Origin: an uncultured Bacteroides sp.
GTDB lineage: Bacteria > Bacteroidota > Bacteroidia > Bacteroidales > Bacteroidaceae
Assembly (NCBI GenBank): GCA_905203765.1
Contig: CAJKXC010000001.1
Location: 13,916-77,915, forward strand
Length of the DNA: 64,000 bases
Direction: 5' to 3'
Of this stretch, positions 10,286 through 18,302 are shown one piece after another. Below the pieces are notes generated by a model. The model had not been told where the DNA came from and ran no database searches. It saw nothing but the letters and a program-made list of their open reading frames with translations. The position numbers and the translations under genes were made by a program. Position 1 is the stretch's first letter. Every line of letters begins with the position of its first letter.

Positions 10286-10366
10286 ACGGATGTCAGTTCA
10301 TCTATAGTGGCCCGCCGGTTCATCTATAGACGCCCGCCGGTTTCTCTATAGAGGCACACCGGGACA
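10279..10366. repeat. 22-bp-period tandem array with TCTATAG(A) core
   Basis: TAAATAGACGGATGTCAGTTCA / TCTATAGTGGCCCGCCGGTTCA / TCTATAGACGCCCGCCGGTTTC / TCTATAGAGGCACACCGGGACA at 10279, 10301, 10323, 10345. Confidence 0.8.
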
Positions 10367-10449
10367 TTCCCTGCTAATTTATCAGGTCTCATTGTTTGAA
10401 TATTAGCAAGATATTGTATATTTGCGCGCAGAACAATAGTTAGCGCATT

Positions 10450-10962
10450 ATGAAGGCAATTCACTACGTTTTTTGTCTGTTTGCTGCATTTATGCTGACC
10501 ACTTTCAGCAGTATGGCAGCCGGAGAGGAAGATTTCAAGGAATTTCTCCAGAAATTCACATCCAGTGCTTCGTTCCAATACTCCCGCATCAAGTTCCCCC
10601 TGAAATCTCCCATCGCCCTGTTGCAAGATGACGGGGAGACGGAGCAGACCTTCCCCTTTACCCGCGAGAAATGGGCGTTACTCGATGGAGAAACCCTGAG
10701 AGAAGGCAGTACCACCGAAGAAGAAGGTGGTGTCTATGTCTCACGCTTCACCGTCAACGAGCCTGCCCACAAAGAATTTGAAGCCGGATATGATGAATCG
10801 GAACCTTCCCTGCGCGTAGTCTTCGAACTGGAAGACGGCAAGTGGTACGTTACCGATTGCTATAATGATTGGTATAACTTCGACCTGCCCATCGGCGAGC
10901 TGGAAGAAACAATCCATACGGTGCAAGAGGAGAACAAGGCTTTCGAAGAACTGCACCCGTAG
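10450..10962 (+). CDS. Exported protein, DUF4348-like
   Basis: Signal peptide, EDFKEFLQKF...FQYSRIKFPL, C-terminal GKWYV; TATATTTG at 10417-10424. Confidence 0.7.
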   Translation: MKAIHYVFCLFAAFMLTTFSSMAAGEEDFKEFLQKFTSSASFQYSRIKFPLKSPIALLQDDGETEQTFPFTREKWALLDGETLREGSTTEEEGGVYVSRFTVNEPAHKEFEAGYDESEPSLRVVFELEDGKWYVTDCYNDWYNFDLPIGELEETIHTVQEENKAFEELHP

Positions 10963-10982
10963 TCCTTCGACTTTCCACCTTA

Positions 10983-11930
10983 TTATATAGAACCGAGTAA
11001 GTTGCTGACAGCCGCCTGATAGTTTGCCAGCCTGCTCGTCTTATGAATGGTCTTCTTCGCTTTCCGGTCACCGTCCGGCAGCAGATACTCCCAGAAACTT
11101 TTCATTTTCATCAGCAGTTGCGTCTCTCCGCCTTGCAGCAGTTCCTCGTATTTGCCGAACACTTCTGCATGCAACTGACTTACTTTTCGCGCCATTTCAT
11201 CGGAAGAAAGCGGCTTTCCCTGCCGGTACTCCAAAGCCAGGGCAGGATTGGCAAGCAACCCGCGACCGATAACGACACCCGCCAACCGGGGGAACCGTGC
11301 CGTAATGGAACTGATATCTTCCGTTGTATGCAAGTCGCCGTTGTAGAGCAACGGTTTGTTGCATCCTTCGTAGAAAGCTTCAAAACCATTCAGGTCCGCT
11401 TCGCCTTTATATTGCTGTTTCCCAAGACGGGGATGGAGAATGATATGCGACAGAGGCAGTTCGTTGAACAGAGGCAGCAACGCCAGGCACTCTCCGGCAT
11501 CATCCCACCCCAACCTCAACTTAACGGAGAAACGGATATCGGGATACTTCTCTACAGCCGTCGTAAGCAAAGCCTTCACCTCTTCGGGATAAGGCAGCAT
11601 ACCCGCCCCGTTGTGCCGCTTTGCCAACATGGGGAAGGGGCATCCCAGGTTTATGTCCACCTCGTTATACTCTTTTCCGATGAAAAGGGACATAATCTGC
11701 TCCAACTTATCCGCATCAGGAGCAATAAGTTGTGGTATCAGGTGTAAGCCCCGGTTATTGTCCGACTCGATGTCGCGAACATCTCTCCGCCGGATTTCTC
11801 CGCGCTCTACACGTACAAAAGGGGAGTAATAGGTCTCGATGCCGCCAAAGATGCGGGCATGTGCCTGCCGGTAGATAGCGTCGGTGTATCCTTGCAGCGG
11901 GGCGAAGTGTATCATTGCATTCTCATTCAT
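10983..11930 (-). CDS. tRNA-dihydrouridine synthase family protein
   Basis: FAPLQGYTD, DINLGCP, SVKLRLG, LHPR, YNGD, IGRGLLANP. Confidence 0.92.
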   Translation of the reverse strand: MNENAMIHFAPLQGYTDAIYRQAHARIFGGIETYYSPFVRVERGEIRRRDVRDIESDNNRGLHLIPQLIAPDADKLEQIMSLFIGKEYNEVDINLGCPFPMLAKRHNGAGMLPYPEEVKALLTTAVEKYPDIRFSVKLRLGWDDAGECLALLPLFNELPLSHIILHPRLGKQQYKGEADLNGFEAFYEGCNKPLLYNGDLHTTEDISSITARFPRLAGVVIGRGLLANPALALEYRQGKPLSSDEMARKVSQLHAEVFGKYEELLQGGETQLLMKMKSFWEYLLPDGDRKAKKTIHKTSRLANYQAAVSNLLGSI

Positions 11931-11935
11931 GCTCG

Positions 11936-12027
11936 CAAAGATACGGAATTTATAAACATATTTTGTGCAAGATTTCTTATTTATCCGGCAGTTTTTGCAA
12001 CTATATCAGTTGAAGAGGCTATCTTTG
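11936..12027. promoter_or_regulatory. Divergent -7 promoter elements
   Basis: TATCTTTG on minus (11936-11943) and on plus (12020-12027). Confidence 0.6.
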
Positions 12028-12052
12028 CAGGCAAATCAATGCATCAATACCT

Positions 12053-13138
12053 ATGAAAGATCATTTATCCATTGTGTCTCATTTTCAAACGAAGGGAACA
12101 GTCTGCGAAATCAAGCCCTTAGGCACCGGACTGATTAACGACACGTACAAAGTAACGACCATCGAGGCCGATGCGCCCGATTACGTATTACAACGCATCA
12201 ATCATGCCATCTTCCAGAACGTGGAAATGTTACAGGCCAACATCGAGGCTGTAACCCGCCACATCCGCAAAAAACTGGAAGAACAGGGAGAAACCGATAT
12301 AGAACGCAAAGTACTCCAATTCATACCTGCCGTCGGCGACGGCAAGACCTATTGGTACGACGGCGAAAGCTACTGGCGCGTCATGGTGTTCATTCCCCGT
12401 GCCAGAACCTATGAAACAGTGAACCCCGAATATTCATACTACGCCGGCGCCGCCTTCGGCAACTTCCAGGCCATGCTTGCCGACATTCCCGATACGCTGG
12501 GCGAAACCATCCCCGACTTCCACAACATGGAGTTCCGCTTGAAGCAACTGCGCGATGCCGTGGCCGCCGATGCCGCCGGACGTGTGAAGGAAGTGCAGCC
12601 CATCCTCGACGAAATAGAGAAACGTGCCACTGAAATGTGCAAAGCAGAACGTCTGCACCGCGAAGGCAAACTGCCGAAACGCGTATGCCACTGCGACACA
12701 AAGGTAAACAACATGATGTTTGACGAAGCGGGCAACGTACTTTGCGTCATCGACCTCGATACCGTAATGCCCAGTTTCATCTTCTCCGACTACGGCGACT
12801 TCCTGCGCTCCGGCGCCAACACCGGACTCGAAGACGATAAGAACCCGGACAACGTAGACTTCAATATGGAAATATTCAAAGCCTTCACCAAAGGCTACCT
12901 GGAGTCCGCCCGTTCCTTCCTGCTGCCGATAGAGATAGAGAACCTGCCCTACGCAGCCGCCCTCTTCCCCTATATGCAGTGCGTACGCTTCCTGGCGGAC
13001 TATATCAACGGCGATACTTATTATAAAATTCAATATCCGGAACACAACCTCGTGCGCACCAAAGCACAGTTCAAACTGCTGCAAAGTGTCGAAGAACATA
13101 CTCCGGAGATGCAAGCATTCATAAAATCATGCATTTAA
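12053..13138 (+). CDS. APH/choline-kinase-fold sugar kinase (N-acetylhexosamine 1-kinase/MdsC-like)
   Basis: GLINDTY, LQRINH, ETIPDFHN, HCDTKVNN, VIDLDTVMP, RFLADYINGDTYYK. Confidence 0.8.
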   Translation: MKDHLSIVSHFQTKGTVCEIKPLGTGLINDTYKVTTIEADAPDYVLQRINHAIFQNVEMLQANIEAVTRHIRKKLEEQGETDIERKVLQFIPAVGDGKTYWYDGESYWRVMVFIPRARTYETVNPEYSYYAGAAFGNFQAMLADIPDTLGETIPDFHNMEFRLKQLRDAVAADAAGRVKEVQPILDEIEKRATEMCKAERLHREGKLPKRVCHCDTKVNNMMFDEAGNVLCVIDLDTVMPSFIFSDYGDFLRSGANTGLEDDKNPDNVDFNMEIFKAFTKGYLESARSFLLPIEIENLPYAAALFPYMQCVRFLADYINGDTYYKIQYPEHNLVRTKAQFKLLQSVEEHTPEMQAFIKSCI

Positions 13139-13863
13139 GAGAATATATAGTGACAATGGCGGCGCTTCTTTGCGCCCTGCCACTGTCTGCAATCAATCCC
13201 CAAAACAACAACATGAAAGAATTGAACGTAAAGAAAGTTAGCGCGGCAAACATCCCGGTAGAATCGGTTCCCGCCCTGCTCGACGAAGAAAAAGTAGCTT
13301 TTCAGCCGGTGAACACGGTAAACTGGGAAGCATTCCCCTACCGCCCCGACGTAGAGTTCCGCATTGCCCATACGGAAGATGCCATCTTGCTGCACTTCAA
13401 GGTGAAGGAAGCCAGCGTGCGTGCCGTAGCCGGCAAGGACAACGGTTCGGTATGGGAAGACGCCTGCGTGGAGTTCTTCTCCGTGCCCGCCGCAGACGGA
13501 ATATATTATAATATGGAGTGCAACTGTGCCGGCACACTGCTCATCGGCGCCGGTGCCGGACGTGCCGACCGCCAGCGTGCCCCGCAGGAAGTGCTCGACA
13601 AAGTACAGCGTTGGGCATCCCTGGGACGCGAAGCATTCGATGAAAGAGTGGGCGAACGCAGTTGGGAAGTAGCTCTCATCATCCCCTATTCCGCCTTCTT
13701 CCTGCATCACATCACTTCACTGGACGGGAAGCCGATCCGTGCCAACTTCTATAAGTGCGGTGACAAGCTCCAGACTCCCCACTATCTTTCCTGGAATCCG
13801 ATAGAACTGGAGAAGCCGAACTTCCATTGTCCGGAGTTCTTCGGCATGCTGAACTTTGAGTAA
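13129..13863 (+). CDS. CBM9-like carbohydrate-binding protein
   Basis: VWEDACVEFF, YYNMECN, RANFYKCGD, PNFHCPEFFG; overlaps the kinase stop, suggesting translational coupling. Confidence 0.8.
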   Translation: MHLREYIVTMAALLCALPLSAINPQNNNMKELNVKKVSAANIPVESVPALLDEEKVAFQPVNTVNWEAFPYRPDVEFRIAHTEDAILLHFKVKEASVRAVAGKDNGSVWEDACVEFFSVPAADGIYYNMECNCAGTLLIGAGAGRADRQRAPQEVLDKVQRWASLGREAFDERVGERSWEVALIIPYSAFFLHHITSLDGKPIRANFYKCGDKLQTPHYLSWNPIELEKPNFHCPEFFGMLNFE

Positions 13864-13903
13864 GACAAAGACGCCCCGTCATTCAGAGCGAATCAATTAT
13901 TTA

Positions 13904-14150
13904 ACGTGAATTCGATATAAAGAGTATCTGTCAGGTAACAAAGCAGTAGTACAGCGTTACTGCAAAGACTCCGCATCGTTTTTGCAGTGTCACTGCACAA
14001 CGGTTGCAGCGGCACTGCACAACGTTTGCAGTAGTACTGCAGATACTTTGCAGCGGCACTGCAACCGTTGTGCAGTAGCACTGCAAATGATTTGCAGTAC
14101 TACTGCATCCCGTTGAAAACAGAATTAGCTATTTTATCTCGAACTCACGT
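13904..14150. mobile_element. 247-bp non-autonomous MITE-like element, IS982-type ends
   Basis: TIRs ACGTGAATTCGATATAAA (13904-13921) and TTTATCTCGAACTCACGT (14133-14150), 16/18 complementary; flanked by direct repeat TATTTA (13898-13903, 14151-14156); no transposase. Confidence 0.8.
13983..14114. repeat. Six 22-bp palindromic units TGCAG-N4-ACTGCA-N7 inside the MITE
   Basis: Units start at 13983, 14005, 14027, 14049, 14071 and 14093; TGCA recurs every 11 bp, degenerate back to about 13950. Confidence 0.92.
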
Positions 14151-14162
14151 TATTTAATATCG

Positions 14163-15407
14163 TCAGCGATAGATCAGTGTCGACAGGTAGTCTTCGGCAA
14201 ACATTTCGTTTGCCACTTCCAATAACATTTCAGGAGTAAGTTGTTCGATGCGCCGGAAGACGGCTTCGGAAGTTTCGTATTTATGGTAGTGGAGAAAAGT
14301 CTTTCCCATGCCCAGGGCATTGTTTTCGTTATTGTCCGAGGCTACACCGATTTGCCCTATCAATTGCTTTTTGGCGGCAGCAAGCTGGGAAGAGGTCATG
14401 CGGAAATCGCGCATCCGCTTCAGTTCCTTATATACCAGACGGGTGCAAAGGTCGATATCGTCGGGATCGCAACCGAAGTAGATGCAGAAAGTGCCTGTAT
14501 CGGTGTATGAAGTAAGGTTGGACTCTACATTATATACCAGCCCGCGACGTTCGCGCAGCGACACGTTCAAGCGACTGTTCATACCGGGACCGCCCAGGAC
14601 GTTGTTCAGCAGATAGAGCGCCGTGCGCTTTTCATCATAGGCATTGTAGCCGCGTCCGCCAATCATCACATGAGCCTGGTGGGTATCTTTAGGCACTACC
14701 AGATGTTCGGGGACGTAGAGAGGCGGCAACGTACGGCGGTTATCCACCGTGACGGCAGGAATATCGCCCAACAGTTTTTCCGCCCAACGCACAATCTGCC
14801 GGAAGGGGAAATCGCCCAGCACAAAGAACACCATATTGCCCGGATGGTAAAAACGCGAAGTGAATGCGGCAGCATCTTCACTGCGGAACATTTTCAACTG
14901 CTCGGGATTGCCCAGGATATTGCGCCCCAGCGGATGTCCCCGGAATATCAGGTCTTCGAAGTCATCGAATATCAGTTCGGAAGGATTGTCCTCGTAGGAC
15001 TGTATCTCGTCAATGATGACTTCCGTTTCTTTTTCAATTTCACGTTGCGGAAAAACGGAATGGAATACAATATCCGTCAGCAGTTCGAAGGCCCGGCCGA
15101 AGTGCTCGGTGAGGAAAGCGGAGTAGACCATCGTTTCTTCCTTATTGGTATAGGCATTGAGGTCACCCCCTACGTTTTCCATGCGGTTCAGGATGTGCCA
15201 CGCCTTGCGCTTCCGGGTACCTTTAAAGATAAGATGCTCCACAAAGTGCGCCATACCCTGCTCATTTTCAAGTTCATCACGCGTACCGGCATCAATGGCA
15301 AATCCACAATAAGCCACTTTTGAGGGCGATGATTGGTGAATAATGGGCAGGCCGTTCGGCAAAGTACACTGATTGCAGTCGGATGGTAGTTCCTCTAATC
15401 TCTTCAT
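14163..15407 (-). CDS. M16 (pitrilysin-family) zinc peptidase
   Basis: GMAHFVEHLIFKGT (HxxEH), LNAYT, SRLNVSLRERRGLVY. Confidence 0.93.
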   Translation of the reverse strand: MKRLEELPSDCNQCTLPNGLPIIHQSSPSKVAYCGFAIDAGTRDELENEQGMAHFVEHLIFKGTRKRKAWHILNRMENVGGDLNAYTNKEETMVYSAFLTEHFGRAFELLTDIVFHSVFPQREIEKETEVIIDEIQSYEDNPSELIFDDFEDLIFRGHPLGRNILGNPEQLKMFRSEDAAAFTSRFYHPGNMVFFVLGDFPFRQIVRWAEKLLGDIPAVTVDNRRTLPPLYVPEHLVVPKDTHQAHVMIGGRGYNAYDEKRTALYLLNNVLGGPGMNSRLNVSLRERRGLVYNVESNLTSYTDTGTFCIYFGCDPDDIDLCTRLVYKELKRMRDFRMTSSQLAAAKKQLIGQIGVASDNNENNALGMGKTFLHYHKYETSEAVFRRIEQLTPEMLLEVANEMFAEDYLSTLIYR

Positions 15408-15515
15408 TCTTACGTTTCAAACTATTAGTGCGCGCAAAAATACAATAAAACTTATTGCCATTTATGGAAAATTGCAGATATTTGCAGATACTAATCACAT
15501 TAACGCATTGATATA

Positions 15516-16121
15516 ATGATTGAATCCATTCAAGAGCTTTTGCAGAAAGAAGCACAAGCCGTACTGAACATTCCTGTGACGGATGCTTATGAAAAGGCAG
15601 TAGAGCTTATCGTAGAGCAAGTGCACCGCAAAAGAGGCAAGCTGGTGACTTCCGGCATGGGTAAGGCAGGACAGATAGCCATGAATATCGCTACCACCTT
15701 CTGCTCCACCGGCATCCCTTCCGTCTTTCTGCATCCCAGCGAAGCACAACACGGCGATCTCGGTATCCTTCAGGAGAACGATTTATTATTGCTTATCTCC
15801 AACTCGGGCAAGACGCGCGAGATTGTGGAACTGACCCGATTGGCACATAATCTGAACCCTGAGCTGAAGTTTATTGTTATAACCGGAAATCCGGACAGTC
15901 CCCTGGCGTGCGAATCCAATGTGTGCCTCAGCACCGGCAAGCCCCAGGAAGTCTGTGCACTGGGCATGACGCCCACCACCTCTACTACCGCCATGACCGT
16001 TATCGGCGATATCCTGGTGGTGCAGACCATGAAACAAACCGGATTCACTATTGAAGACTACTCCAAGCGTCACCACGGTGGTTACCTGGGAGAAAAATCA
16101 AGATCATTATGCGAAAAGTAA
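15516..16121 (+). CDS. SIS-domain sugar isomerase, probable arabinose-5-phosphate isomerase (KdsD/KpsF-like, no CBS domains)
   Basis: SGMGKAG, FLHPSEAQHGDLG, ISNSGKTREI, PTTSTT, HHGGYLG. Confidence 0.85.
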   Translation: MIESIQELLQKEAQAVLNIPVTDAYEKAVELIVEQVHRKRGKLVTSGMGKAGQIAMNIATTFCSTGIPSVFLHPSEAQHGDLGILQENDLLLLISNSGKTREIVELTRLAHNLNPELKFIVITGNPDSPLACESNVCLSTGKPQEVCALGMTPTTSTTAMTVIGDILVVQTMKQTGFTIEDYSKRHHGGYLGEKSRSLCEK

Positions 16122-17044
16122 TCGGCATCGGAGAAACTATACTGGACATTATCTTCCGCGACGGGCAACCTACGGCTGCCGTACCGGGCGGATCGGTATT
16201 CAACGGCATTGTCTCGCTGGGGCGTGCGGGTGTTCCCATCTGTTTCATCAGCGAGACGGGCAACGACCACGTAGGCAATATCATCCTCAACTTCATGCGC
16301 GACAACAACATCTCTACCGAGCATGTCAACGTCTTTCCCGACGGGAAGTCACCCGTATCGCTCGCCTTCCTCAACGACCGGAGCGACGCGGAATACATCT
16401 TCTATAAAGACTATCCCAAGCAACGGCTGGACATCGACTATCCCAAACTGGAAGAGGACGACATTGTAATCGTCGGTTCCTACTATGCCCTGAATCCGGT
16501 ACTGCGCGACAAGGTGCTGGAACTGCTGGACCAGGCGCGGGAGAAGAAAGCAATTGTGTATTACGACCCCAACTTCCGCTCTTCGCACAAGGAAGAGGCC
16601 ATCAGGCTGGCGCCCACCATCATCGAGAACCTGGAATATGCCGACATCGTGCGCGGGTCGCAGGAAGACTTCTTCTATATGTACAACTTGCAGGATGCCG
16701 ATAAAATCTATAAAGATAAAATCAAGTTTTACTGCACTAACTTCCTTTGCACGGCAGGCGCCGAGCAGATTTCGCTACGCACCGCCACCCTCTCCAAAGA
16801 GTACCCCATTCCACCGCTCGAAGCAGTGAGCACCATCGGCGCAGGCGACAACTTTAATGCCGGTATTATCTACGGTTTATTGAAGTACGACGTACGCCAC
16901 GAAGACCTGAATGCGATGGACGAGGCTACGTGGGACAAGGTTATCCGTTGCGGCATGAGGTTCGCAGCCGAGGTATGCAAGAGCTTTAATAATTCAGTTT
17001 CAAGGGAGTTTGCAGAAAATTTAAACTTAGAAAAAGAAATATAA
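16109..17044 (+). CDS. PfkB-family carbohydrate kinase (fructokinase-like)
   Basis: IGIGE, PGGS.FN, YDPNFR, STIGAGDNFNAG. Confidence 0.9.
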   Translation: MRKVIGIGETILDIIFRDGQPTAAVPGGSVFNGIVSLGRAGVPICFISETGNDHVGNIILNFMRDNNISTEHVNVFPDGKSPVSLAFLNDRSDAEYIFYKDYPKQRLDIDYPKLEEDDIVIVGSYYALNPVLRDKVLELLDQAREKKAIVYYDPNFRSSHKEEAIRLAPTIIENLEYADIVRGSQEDFFYMYNLQDADKIYKDKIKFYCTNFLCTAGAEQISLRTATLSKEYPIPPLEAVSTIGAGDNFNAGIIYGLLKYDVRHEDLNAMDEATWDKVIRCGMRFAAEVCKSFNNSVSREFAENLNLEKEI

Positions 17045-17121
17045 AACCTTCGTGCCTGCGGTATGCTCTGTAATGAAAAACCATATATTTGTGAGTAACG
17101 ACATTAGAGAGTTTACGAATT

Positions 17122-18186
17122 ATGCACAGAAACCTGTTGAACTTACTTGCTCTGGTAGTGCTGCTTCCTTCGTGTAGCGGCACAACTCCCCGCATATCCG
17201 TTGTATGTGAAGAAAACAACGTGGGCAATTGCATTGTAAAATGGGAAATGGCCCCACTCCTCAAAGGGAATGTGAAAGTATACGCTTCGACAAACCCGGA
17301 CCACATCCCCGAAGATGTGCCCGTAGCATTGGCAAACATCGCAGACCAACGGATGACGATTATCACCAACGACCCCACCCAACGTTATTACTATACGCTT
17401 GTCTTCGGCGATAAATATCGCGTGAAGGTGGCTACCCGCAACATCAACATCCCCGGCATACAGAATTTCCGCGACTTGGGCGGATACCCTTCTTACTCGG
17501 ATAAGAAGCTGGTACGGTGGGGCATGCTGTACCGTTCGGCGGAGATAGACAGCCTGGAGTGGTCGTCGCGCAGGGAACTCAAGAATATCGGCATCAAGAC
17601 GATTGTAGACTTACGCTCCAAGCTCGAAACGAGCAGGCAGAATCCGCTGCAACAAGAGTTCAATGTCGTCCACATTCCCATCATTACCGGCGATATGGAA
17701 AACATTCTGAAAGGAATCCAGGAAGAAAAAATAAAGAGCGACACCGTCTACCGCATGGTGGAACGGATGAACCGCGAACTCATAAACAACTATACCAAAG
17801 AGTACCGCCAGATATTCGACATCCTGCTGGATAAGAACAATTACCCCGTAGTGATACATTGCTCTTCGGGCAAAGGACGCACGGGCATCATATCGGCACT
17901 GGTACTTGCCGCCCTCGGCGTAAACGCGGATATCATCATGGAAGATTACCGCCTCAGCAACGATTACTTCAATATCCCTACGGCATCCCGATATGCCTAC
18001 CAGCTTCCGGCGCGCTCGCAAGAGGCTATAACGACCATATTCTCCGCCCGCGAAGACTTCCTGAACGCTGCCAAGGAAGAAGCCGAACGCAGATATGGAG
18101 ACATAGATACCTATCTGGAAAAAGGAATCGGCCTGACAAAAGAAGAAATTAAAACGCTCCGAAGTATCCTGTTAGTTGACAACTGA
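17122..18186 (+). CDS. Lipoprotein tyrosine/dual-specificity phosphatase (Y_phosphatase3-like)
   Basis: Lipobox LPSC; NFRDLGGY, LYRS, IVDLRS, HCSSGKGRTG (CX5R), DYRLSN. Confidence 0.88.
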   Translation: MHRNLLNLLALVVLLPSCSGTTPRISVVCEENNVGNCIVKWEMAPLLKGNVKVYASTNPDHIPEDVPVALANIADQRMTIITNDPTQRYYYTLVFGDKYRVKVATRNINIPGIQNFRDLGGYPSYSDKKLVRWGMLYRSAEIDSLEWSSRRELKNIGIKTIVDLRSKLETSRQNPLQQEFNVVHIPIITGDMENILKGIQEEKIKSDTVYRMVERMNRELINNYTKEYRQIFDILLDKNNYPVVIHCSSGKGRTGIISALVLAALGVNADIIMEDYRLSNDYFNIPTASRYAYQLPARSQEAITTIFSAREDFLNAAKEEAERRYGDIDTYLEKGIGLTKEEIKTLRSILLVDN

Positions 18187-18254
18187 TAATTGATAATTGA
18201 CAATTTTGGGATGTAATTGCATAATTATCAGCTGCCAATTGTCAATTATCAATT
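18174..18254. repeat. Inverted pair of 7-bp TTGA(C/T)AA tandem arrays
   Basis: Left TTGACAA CTGATAA TTGATAA TTGACAA; right TTATCAG CTGCCAA TTGTCAA TTATCAA. The left arm contains the phosphatase stop codon. Confidence 0.85.
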
Positions 18255-18302
18255 GAAAAGCACTATCTTTGCGCCCGAATTATAAAGATATACAAAGATT
18301 TA

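Noticed and set aside
13893..14081. 62-aa minus-strand ORF
   Set aside because: It is a translation of the repeat array and TIR, with no independent coding evidence.
13983..14114. Array as a CRISPR or guide-RNA array
   Set aside because: Variable segments are only 4-7 nt, there is no adjacent cas or nuclease gene, and TIRs plus a target duplication explain it better as MITE cargo.
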